This document shows, in pieces, positions 12,601-20,700 of a stretch of 24,145 nucleotides of DNA (positions are counted from its first letter, which is position 1; every line of letters begins with the position of its first letter). The notes beneath the pieces were generated by a model, which was not told where the DNA came from, searched no databases, and saw only the letters and a list, made by a program, of their open reading frames with translations. A program made the position numbers and the translations under genes. This DNA comes from Trichoplax sp. H2 (taxonomy: Eukaryota), in the NCBI GenBank assembly GCA_003344405.1, contig NOWV01000101.1:248001-272145 (forward strand). Reading direction: 5' to 3'.

Positions 12601-15600
12601 TCTAACTACGCAGTTGAAAGATACATTACAAACCGAACGGAACGTGGGCCGGCAAAGAAAGCATAATTATGATACAATAATGCAATTAGAATCTGTACTT
12701 GATGCTGAGAAGACCCGCATCGGAACCTTAAAGTATGAACTAAATATCAAAGACGAACTTATTACTGATTTAAAGAAAGAGTTACAAGAAAATAAGGAAC
12801 AACAGAAGGTTAAAGCTACAGCCTTAGCACAACATCGAGCCGAAGCAGAAAATAACCAAAAACATCTGATTAAAAAACAACAGGAAATAGAAAAATTAAT
12901 CTTAGAGAAAGATAGGTAATTAAATCTTACAAGACATTTCTATAATTTAGTCTAGGCCCAATATTGGTTTTACTCTTTTCACCTAGCGTAAAAACGAAAC
13001 CGATAATGATCGGATAACTTATCAATATTTATCTTGCTTTTTGCTCAACTGTGTGGCGTATTCTAGTGTGGCAGCAAAGTGCGATCGACTAGAGTCAACG
13101 ATTCGCAGCATAAATTCGAACCAAAGTGATAAAGATATGCAGATGAAAAACATGGAGAGTCATCTAGATAGATTACGCACACAAGCTAAGCAAATAGAGG
13201 AGTTAGAACAACAATATGTCAGTAAGATGAGATTGAAGGATAGCGTAATTGACGAAACAAAAGCAAAAGTGAGGCAGCTTCATAAACGTCTTGAAGTTGC
13301 GGATGATCATGCCAAATTACAGGAAAAGCGTGTTGAAGAACTACAATTGATGCAAAGTCGCAAAATGAATGATGAGGTACTGACAATCATGATTGACTTG
13401 ATATCTTCCTTATTATCAGTGAAGATCTCCCGACATGTTAACAACCTTACGTTTACAACTTATGCATTTCAGGGTACTGTGCGTCAGTTACAACATCGTT
13501 TTGATTTCTTGCACCAACAATGTCAAATTTTATTAATTAAATTTAACGATGTGGTGATGAGGTAAGACTGTTAATTATTAAGTTAATCTACATCGTATTA
13601 ACTATTTTTATTTAAATTTGAAGTGAATCTCATTTTTCTGCGTATGATGAATATTACTGTTATCGTAATGCTGTTTATTGATCTCTCAAAAGACGTAAAA
13701 CTGCTTCCAGGCCTGTAGCAACCGATAGCGAAGATTTTTATTTGCTTGAAGATACGTTACTAAAGATTTCTAATGAGTTAAAGGATATAGGTCTAGACAT
13801 GAATACATGGAAAGAGGTACTTAGTATTTGATTATAAAATACAAAGTAAAATACTCTCATTAAAGTAAATATCTGCCTTGAGTAGCTGTTTGCTTAAGCT
13901 AAGCTATTGAGTAGAATATGATGGTTTTACAGTAAGAACGTTAATATTATACTTTTTAAAGGTGTACTGTAGTGAGTTATTATTTCCTCAATGAATTCTT
14001 TGATTAAATACCGGCTCCTAGGCGAGTGGGGTCGATTATGGTTCATCAGCGTCCGCTGCAATGCATGAGAAATTAATAAAACAAAACAGGGAATTAACCA
14101 GTTTTGTACATCAATTGCAAGAGGACAAAGATAGCTCACACAAAAATACAGAATTACTCAATAAATTAAATAGGGAATTGCAAGATCGAATTGATGCTAA
14201 GGTTAGAACCTGTAACTAATAAATTTACTTCTCATATTTAGGGCATTTATATTATGCGATACATTATAGAGTTAATGTAATGCATATGCAGTTATTGACT
14301 TTTCATTTACTTATAGCAATTTGCTACCATTAATCAATATTATTATTATTGAATACGCTATGTTCTTTATACCAAGATGTGCCTTGTAAATTATTGATGA
14401 TATTGTAAAAAAATTTTGTCAATTAATTATTACAATGAATTATGATCCTTTATAGAGTTTACAGGAAAAGTTGTTACTTCGAGAAAAATCCTCTTGGCTA
14501 GACGAAAAAGACAGGCTATATGAACTACTTGAGAAATCGAAGAGTGAACTTAGTCTGCTTAAAAACGAAAATCTACAATATCTTATCACTCGTGATGTAG
14601 AGTTGTCCTCTGACGATGTTAAGGTAAGTAATTTTGTCCTCGGATTAAACCACGATGTCAAGGAAAAATGTAAAATTAAACCGTAGTTAATGGATTATAA
14701 TTGCGCTGTTTCTTAATTTTAATCTTATATTGGTATAGCGTTGGTATGTCCGCTACTTAAGAGCTGAAGGTTATCGTAAAGCCTTAGTATATCAAAAGAA
14801 ATACCTCTTGTTGCTGTTAGGTGGCTTTCAAGAATGTGAATCTGTTACCTTATCAATTATATCAAAACTAGGAGCATATCCACAATCTAGTGAAAGACAG
14901 CAACAAAACATCTACTCTAATAACAGCAATAGACGGTTAAGGAAATTTCGTATCGCTGGTCGCTCTGTTGTTGTTATTCTTCGCTTAAAGTTTTTGGTCA
15001 GTAAATGGAGAAAAGTCCAAAATAGCAACGTTACCGCATTATTACGTAAGAATCAACGCTTTAGAAAAGATCGAGAAGCTCTAACCAATAATGTTGCTCC
15101 ATACCAAACTTATGATCAGGGTATCCGCAGCTGGAAAGGTTCCAAGGATGAAATTTCTTCATCCGACTATCATCGCCAGGTTTCGAATAATCGTGATAGA
15201 TATGATGTAGATTACTGGTTAAAAAGCTCACCATCTCATCAATCCGAAAAGGTAGGCAATTTACGTGCAAATGATCAACACAAAAGATCGAATTTAACTC
15301 CGTCGCCACACGATTTAATGACGACTAAATCTGGTATAAGCCTACATGCTGATCAAAGCAGATCTATTCCTGGTAATAGTACAATTTCATGGAAATCGAA
15401 TGGACTAGATAGAACTAGTCCTCAACAAGGTAACAAAATAGCTGCTATGTCGACACCTGGTGAACGAGATAGATCGATATCTCCCTCTCGCCACTCACCA
15501 AATGTATCTGAAAGTAGCGATCCTGCTTTGACACGCTATATTCACAAATTAGAGGCTCTGCACGATAGATTAGCTGTATTAGATACAAAAAACAACAAGT

Positions 15601-15602
15601 AA
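2..15602 (+). CDS. AKAP9: Pericentrin/AKAP9 (AKAP450/CG-NAP)-family giant coiled-coil centrosomal scaffold with C-terminal PACT domain; 5'-partial, 24 exons, at least 4,122 aa
   Basis: Hand-built model: join(<2..3610,3737..3829,3909..3956,4074..4225,4402..4535,4653..4778,5067..5134,5266..9780,9927..10194,10263..10417,10572..10639,10707..10827,10918..11076,11225..11344,11511..11586,11705..11927,12143..12482,12557..12915,13067..13376,13473..13561,13693..13816,14022..14201,14456..14623,14739..15602). All introns are GT-AG with matching phases; the sum of 12,369 nt is divisible by 3. E/K/Q/L-rich heptads run throughout. The last exon begins RWYVRYLRAEGYRKALVYQKKYLLLLLGGFQECE, the PACT signature. 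Probably a co-ortholog of vertebrate AKAP9 and PCNT, so the symbol is family-level. Confidence 0.92.
3737..3829 (+). CDS. AKAP9: exon 2 (GPSQKDEVEISRYKQLIEQLEQQVKDLSQQN)
   Basis: caacAG acceptor, GTTAGT donor, phase 0/0, coiled-coil composition. Confidence 0.8.
3909..3956 (+). CDS. AKAP9: exon 3 (DELTAVSDLLDKSDSE)
   Basis: atttAG acceptor, GTTAGT donor, phase 0/0. Confidence 0.75.
4074..4225 (+). CDS. AKAP9: exon 4 (LIKDNGQLKQQLYQLNEKYQS...NLSKI)
   Basis: T-rich tract then ttgtAG acceptor; AG|GTAACT donor; phase 0/2. Confidence 0.82.
4402..4535 (+). CDS. AKAP9: exon 5 (DGTQRTSQILRNILKKVLLSDIAIEDYL...)
   Basis: atttAG acceptor, G|GTATGA donor, phase 2/1. Confidence 0.78.
4653..4778 (+). CDS. 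AKAP9: exon 6 (VKIRLPSEIGSPNSTEAVEL...CAELSE)
   Basis: ttttacttcAG acceptor, GTATGA donor, phase 1/1. Confidence 0.72.
5067..5134 (+). CDS. AKAP9: exon 7 (MILSRLQISIRRFVGVLKTTFSQ)
   Basis: ctctgtAG acceptor, CAG|GTTCGT donor, phase 1/0. The peptide resembles an 'SRLQ..V..L...I..T..Q' segment of vertebrate AKAP9 recalled from memory. Confidence 0.62.
5266..9780 (+). CDS. AKAP9: exon 8 (giant 4,515-nt coiled-coil exon, 1,505 codons)
   Basis: Uninterrupted ORF; tgcAG acceptor at 5264-5265 (alternative AG at 5271-5272); CAG|GTAATG donor at 9781. Confidence 0.9.
9927..10194 (+). CDS. AKAP9: exon 9 (LITDVKGGIKERQ...IHERQIAAMKAQF...RKEHK)
   Basis: tactAG acceptor in frame with track ORF 10008; G|GTAAGA donor; phase 0/1. 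Confidence 0.85.
10263..10417 (+). CDS. AKAP9: exon 10 (VNKQQLTSQTQLGGSNLSAENLGQILQEVDSLDQALDASP...)
   Basis: Phase-1 acceptor gatcAG; an in-frame alternative would start the exon at 10299. Donor ATG|GTATCT. Confidence 0.65.
10572..10639 (+). CDS. AKAP9: exon 11 (EQVQEIQEECMTLRSVVEQLPV)
   Basis: gctAG acceptor, GTAAGG donor, phase 0/2. Confidence 0.78.
10707..10827 (+). CDS. AKAP9: exon 12 (MTLEEKIQMMQVAFDNEKQSLLDTVKSMKDLFSACQQEFT)
   Basis: atgtAG acceptor, GTAAGT donor, phase 2/0. The 'E+..L..T+.S+KDL' pattern is typical of AKAP9/PCNT (recalled). Confidence 0.85.
10918..11076 (+). CDS. AKAP9: exon 13 (KSERTDWQYKILNTVQDIFEKEQQALHTEL...IQQK)
   Basis: cgttAG acceptor, GTAAAT donor, phase 0/0. 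Contains the 'DW...L..+Q..F..E' family block. Confidence 0.87.
11225..11344 (+). CDS. AKAP9: exon 14 (EQYHIMAMKQLHATDRGALVSEIGRLRDILKKSDKENEKR)
   Basis: ctttacAG acceptor (in-frame alternative start at 11207), GTAAGT donor. Contains the 'AM..L...DR..L.SEI..L' family block. Confidence 0.87.
11511..11586 (+). CDS. AKAP9: exon 15 (LFEMNTRMEISNDQWSKSEAELREQ)
   Basis: tcaAG acceptor, GTAAGA donor, phase 0/1. Confidence 0.75.
11705..11927 (+). CDS. AKAP9: exon 16 (STAKTQISLLQSTIQSLES...SRSESL)
   Basis: tttttcAG acceptor, GTATGT donor, phase 1/2. Confidence 0.85.
12143..12482 (+). CDS. AKAP9: exon 17 (ESLEIEKVRCANLLEALDLER...KLQTEK)
   Basis: ttcttatAG acceptor, AAG|GTATGC donor, phase 2/0. Confidence 0.87.
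12557..12915 (+). CDS. AKAP9: exon 18 (TRIKELALSLDREKD...LILEKD)
   Basis: tttattAG acceptor, AG|GTAATT donor, phase 0/2. Confidence 0.87.
13067..13376 (+). CDS. AKAP9: exon 19 (VAAKCDRLESTIRS...SRKMNDE)
   Basis: ttctAG acceptor, GAG|GTACTG donor, phase 2/0. Confidence 0.83.
13473..13561 (+). CDS. AKAP9: exon 20 (GTVRQLQHRFDFLHQQCQILLIKFNDVVM)
   Basis: catttcAG acceptor, AG|GTAAGA donor, phase 0/2. Confidence 0.8.
13693..13816 (+). CDS. AKAP9: exon 21 (RKTASRPVATDSEDFYLLEDTLLKISNELKDIGLDMNTWKE)
   Basis: caaaAG acceptor (in-frame alternative cttccAG would start the exon at 13711); GAG|GTACTT donor. Confidence 0.72.
14022..14201 (+). CDS. AKAP9: exon 22 (ASGVDYGSSASAAMHEKLIKQNRELTSFVHQLQEDK...)
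   Basis: tcctAG acceptor, AAG|GTTAGA donor. Contains the 'E+L++QN.EL...+..L.E+K' pre-PACT motif of AKAP9/PCNT (recalled). Confidence 0.86.
14456..14623 (+). CDS. AKAP9: exon 23 (SLQEKLLLREKSSWLDEKDRLYELLEKSKSEL...SDDVK)
   Basis: ctttatAG acceptor, AAG|GTAAGT donor. Contains the 'E+..W..E+..L...L' pre-PACT motif. Confidence 0.88.
14739..15014 (+). other. PACT (pericentrin-AKAP450 centrosomal targeting) domain, including the basic calmodulin-binding-type second helix
   Basis: RWYVRYLRAEGYRKALVYQKKYLLLLLGGFQECESVTLSIISKLG ... RLRKFRIAGRSVVVILRLKFLVSKWRK matches the two conserved PACT blocks (YLRAES+RKAL+YQK+YL; +FR.A...V....R++FL..+W). Confidence 0.95.
14739..15602 (+). CDS. AKAP9: terminal exon 24: PACT domain, Ser/Pro-rich linker and C-terminal helix, stop TAA
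   Basis: tatAG acceptor at 14737-14738, in frame with track ORF 14808..15602. Confidence 0.93.
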   Translation, partial: RWYVRYLRAEGYRKALVYQKKYLLLLLGGFQECESVTLSIISKLGAYPQSSERQQQNIYSNNSNRRLRKFRIAGRSVVVILRLKFLVSKWRKVQNSNVTALLRKNQRFRKDREALTNNVAPYQTYDQGIRSWKGSKDEISSSDYHRQVSNNRDRYDVDYWLKSSPSHQSEKVGNLRANDQHKRSNLTPSPHDLMTTKSGISLHADQSRSIPGNSTISWKSNGLDRTSPQQGNKIAAMSTPGERDRSISPSRHSPNVSESSDPALTRYIHKLEALHDRLAVLDTKNNK

Positions 15603-16520
15603 GGACTTTATGTTTAAGGCATATGTTTAACGTAAGTAAGTTATACGCGTTATGTCTTATCAATTACACATTCAACATACATAACACAGGTAAGTGTTAT
15701 AATACCCCTTGAACAGCATTTGTATTATTGTTTCTATAATAATAGCTATTAAATTTTTTTTGTGCTCGAAAACGCTGTAAGTTCATTTTTTGTATGTTAA
15801 CCCATCATTCTATTGAATGACAATAAGCGTCTATAATGCTTTAGAAGTCACTAAAGGTAACACTTATATTAAATGGACATCAAGTGAATATTTGCTGATT
15901 ACCAAACGTTACATTTCACTGCATATCATAAGCCAGACATTCGTATATATCTACTCAGGTATATGCAGTACGTTCTACATTTATTAAATAGTTACTGTAT
16001 ATATGCCGGTCATTACGCGTATTGGCCGGACTTCGGGTTTTGGCCGTAACATATACAAATAATCATAAAATATACAGGATACAATTCTATGCTAGAGTAG
16101 TGAAATAGCATCTTGTATCGGAAATTGATAGTTCAGAACTTTTAGAAATTTGTGTCTTAAGATCACTTTATCAATTAGCTTTTAAAGTTAAAACTGCTCT
16201 TTTCTGTTTAAAATGTATCATAGTTCTGCTAGTATTACCGCTATTGGCGTATAATATTAGCGGATAAATTACAACTGTATTCTTTAATTTTTATCACAGT
16301 ATATATGTACTGTGTTTGTCTATTACATAATTATTAACACTGAGGTTTTTACCTTGATGATATATTAGTAATGAAATTTAGAATACATCTTCGATTGTCC
16401 TGAATTTAAAAGTATTTGTATCCGATTTTCTTTGCTATATGAGAAATACGAATGCTAAATGATCTTTAATTTAAAATTGATGAACGTATTCCTTCAACCT
16501 TTAATTGCTATAAATAAACA
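15603..16520 (+). other. Probable 3'UTR of the AKAP9/PCNT-like gene with candidate poly(A) signals
   Basis: AT-rich with no ORF. ATTAAA at 15748-15753 and 15983-15988, AATAAA at 16513-16518. The true 3' end cannot be determined. Confidence 0.45.
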
Positions 16521-19169
16521 ATTTGCGCAAATAATTTCTTTCTTTTGATTATTTGACATTAATGTGCAGAGATGTACTGATAAATTATTGACAGAATTGA
16601 TAAATTTATGGTAATTCATGGTAATAGAATCTCAATTATGAGCTTATTGTCATCTCTTACTAGTCGGACATCACATGAACTTCTATCATCATAGTATAAA
16701 CTTCATTTAAGAATATTACCGACTCAAAGTGATGATGATTAATTATAGTTTCAATTCTCAGTTGTTGCATGCCTGCATTGAATTAAATAGACAACAAAGA
16801 TAAGTTATGCTCTCGTTTATGAATATCAACAAGGAATACACTACTAAACTGTACACAACGCCGAATTTATGGTGAAAATCAAGGATCTAGATAGGAGTGT
16901 AAAGCAATGATTTTTCAAGTAAAAATACATGGTGTAAACGGTAGCCAGTTTTCATTGAAATCAGGATTTAATAGAGGAATATTGCTGAGTCGCATGTTGT
17001 ACCAGCGCTGACTACCATTAGTGCAACCAACATTCTGCCCGTATGCTAGCAAATCGAATAGGCTCAGAGATTGTTTTAAGTGCATTTCAGTAAGCAATAT
17101 TATGTTGGTTATAGTTATTCCTAATTTATTTTACTACAGTTAGGTTCATATTTCATACTTTAACTTGACCTAATATTTACACATATACCGTACGAGCGGT
17201 AATTCTCTATTTAATTTCGAACTTTAACTGCCTCGTTTTAATTCGGTATAATTTTAACCCCAATCCTGGTACTAGCCAATTCAATTCATTTTTTTATTAT
17301 ATCTATAAAGCTCCACTACTGCAGCTGCATACAGTTAGAGAATTGTACGCTCAATACGTACTGTATCAAGTAAGGTATCATAGCAATTTAGATTTGTAGC
17401 AACAACAGCAAAGAATGAAGTTTTTTACTTTGATTCATTTATTAGTTTGCATATCTTATGGCGGCTGTACCTGTAATAATCAAAGTTATCATATGGACTA
17501 ATAATCAATTAATCAAATACAGACATTCGTTCTGACATGATAGATATATTGGTATCGTACTTCTATACCATTGTCATCTTAATTCGTTTTAACTCTTCCA
17601 ATATCATAATTTCCATCTTAGCTACGAATTACATTCATACCGTTAACGATTTGAACTTGATATACTCGTACAGCAACAATCAGCCTACAGATAGGTATAG
17701 TAGGTAGCAGCCATAAATTTCGAGAACGTCATCGCGTCACCATTGCGGATGTTATCGTCCTTTAGACAGACTCTGCACGCCATTCCAGATAGCTCTTTAT
17801 CCAAAAAAGAATAGGTCTTTGATTGTTGCTTCCTCCTATTTCGTATTTTTATTAATTAATTGAAAGACATTAATTACCTAGTTAATTGTTACTGAATAAA
17901 AATTTCAATTTTTTTCTTTTAAATAATATATAATAATGGGCATTTCAATCGATGAAGGTATTAATTGTAAAACACTGATTGCAGTACATTATGCGCCATT
18001 GTCTATCTCCATGTCTTCCGATATTAGAGTCATAAAGCTGATAATGTAAGCGTATAATAACATAAATCACAAATAGAGAGAAAATAAACATCTTCTATTA
18101 TGAAGCATTGGATTTGACTAACGAGGGTATTTTGTCAATAATATTACCGGATTATTTTCTCCTTCCCTAAAATAAATAATAAAGATAGAATTTCAATCAA
18201 TATCACCCAAAATAATTTACCTCCGTGCAATTCAATATCGTCAAAAAGAGTGTATATATATATAGACTTGTGGCTAATATAAATAATTAAATATAAAGCT
18301 TAGTTATTAAAGAGTAGCAGCCGAATTATTATTTTCAAAATAGTCTCTAGTTTACAGTTTACGAATATATTGTAAAAGGCTATTTATAAGGATGTTAGGC
18401 TCTCGATGACGTGTTTAGTGTGACTTTAGGCATATTTGGAAGAGAGTCTCCGAAATTTTTTCTTTTCTTTTAGGCTCTACACTTCTTAGCCCTCAAATTA
18501 ATACTGCGTAATATCTGTCTGTAACCATCAATACTATAATAGATAATGCAGTTTCTATTGAAAGAATCGGAATTTCTTCGGCTGTAAAAAACACTCACCA
18601 GTGCCGACAGAGTTAGTCAATGGCCAGCTGTCAAAAATCGCAAGTCACTGACAATAATAGCAGACAAATATTTATAAAGATTGAACTGGCGATCTACGGC
18701 TAGACATCCATCAATCTTAGGAAGTTAAAGTAACTGGATGGCTGTCTTCTACGAAAAGGCATTAAATATAAACAGCGAAAACATTAAACAATGTCCCATA
18801 TTATCTATTGCGATTGAAAAAATACAATAATTCTCATCGCTGAATTTTTGCATGACGTTAATCGCCTATTTAACCGCGGTCATTTTATTAGCCTAATTAT
18901 AGAGGTTAAATTGAGCTAAACCTCTAAATATCTATGATATACTTTAATTGCAGCCAATGTTCTTATTCACTTGACCTCTTTCTTAATTTTACCTGCTGAT
19001 TAGTTGACTTCATTGACAAGAAGATTGGCTCAGAGGTATTTATTTAATACACCCTTTCTACATCACAATACAAATACTTAAATATAGAAATATTACAGGA
19101 TGGGAAATTTTAAAGTAGGATAAGGAGTAGTTTTAATTGTTAATGAAGTTCAAAGTCTACATTTTATAT

Positions 19170-20700
19170 TTTCCTTTTTTTAATTTACCAGTGCAATTCA
19201 GAAGATTCTACTTAGTAAAAGGAAGCTTATCTGCTAAATATTGCATAAACAAATGAACATTTTAACCAAAGCACATCGAAATAAATATGTTTTACTTTAT
19301 TAGATATGACTATATGAGAATACATATAATTTTAGTCTGTTAATGAATAAGTAGGTCTATATCTATGGTGACAACTAGAAGTATTTTATAGTACATCCTA
19401 ATTTTTTGTTCGTGATGCAATAGTTAACAGTAATCTATGACTACTTAAAAGCAAGTATATCGCTTATGATAACATTGTCCAAAGCGACGACAAGTACAAA
19501 AAAATCAAATTTACAGCTTCAAATATTTCAAGACTGAAAAATTTGAAGGAGGAGAATAAGTAATATAATTATTGATGAAGTTTGCAGTTTGCATTGTGCA
19601 CGTATTTACATCTTCCTTTTTTATAATCTACTGGCGCAGATCGAGGGATTCTAAAAACTAAAGGGAATCTTATCTACTGAGTATTGTATAAGTAAACAAA
19701 CCATTTTAACCTTAGATATCGGAATAATTATTTTTACCGTATTAATTAATAAATACACTGATATGAAAATTTAAATCTGCTAATAACCAAATCTGTAGTT
19801 GAAAATGCCGATAATTTTAATTTGCGAATAAGCAAATTGACGGTCATCGCTACAATTTCAAGTATTTAACAGCAAATGCTAAGTCGCTATCCGTAACGCA
19901 ATAATTAAAAGTAATTTATGACTTCTTAAAAGCAAATACACCGTTTAGGATAGTATTATCCAAAGTGACAATAAGTACAGTCACGATCGAATTTACAGTT
20001 GCAAATATTACGGGGCGAGATATTTAAAGAGTATAAAAAATAATCTTTATAATCATTACTGAATTTCAAAGTTTTTTATCGTAATTTACAGTTTCCATCT
20101 TTGCAATCTGCCGATACAGATCGGGATATTTTAATCATAGAAGGGAATCTTATCTCTTAAGAACTGTGTAAACAAACTAATTTGCCTTGGCACACCAAAA
20201 TAACTATTTTTACCTTAATAAATAATAGACACCGATATCAGAATACAAGTATCTCAGTCTGATAATTAATAAGCAAATCTATATCTATAGGGGCCTTTTC
20301 AAGTATTCATAACAAATCCTAATTCACTATCCACGATGCAATAGTTAACGGTAATCTATGATTACATAAAACAAGTGTAGTATTAACGATAATATTGTCT
20401 AAAGCGATAACAAATACCGTCATGATCGAATTTATAGCTGTAAATTTTGTCTATTGAATACTGTGTAAACAAGCTATTTTTGCTTTAGTACATCAAAATA
20501 ACTATTTTTACGTTATGAAATAATAAATACACTGATATGAGAATACAGACAACTTAAATCTGCTAATTAGTAAGCAAATCTATATCTAGCGTGATCATTT
20601 TAGTACGAGTATTCACAACAAATTACAATTTGCTATTTGTGATGTAATAGTTAAACGATAATCTAAGACTGATAACATTTTCTAATGCGATAGCAATTAA
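19170..20700. repeat. Degenerate tandem repeat, 4 copies (spacing about 440-480, 440-480 and 300 bp)
   Basis: Shared markers recur in order: (a/g)GGAA(g/t)CTTATCT at ~19220, 19663, 20143; ACTGTGTAAACAA at 20163 and 20460; GATGCAATAGTTAAC-like at 19414, 19895, 20335, 20641; AAATAACTATTTTTAC and ATACACTGATATGA variants. Confidence 0.9.

Noticed and set aside
16915..17097. 60-aa minus-strand ORF as a protein-coding gene
   Set aside because: It has a non-ATG start and no recognisable family, and I could not link it to upstream exons. Kept only within the low-confidence minus-strand finding.
18900..18926. 8-bp inverted repeat TAGAGGTT...AACCTCTA
   Set aside because: Short enough to be expected by chance in 24 kb.
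19170..20700. CRISPR array or intact transposon interpretation of the repeat
   Set aside because: The units are hundreds of bp long and similar throughout, with no short identical repeats separated by unique spacers. I found no terminal inverted repeats and no transposase or RT ORF.
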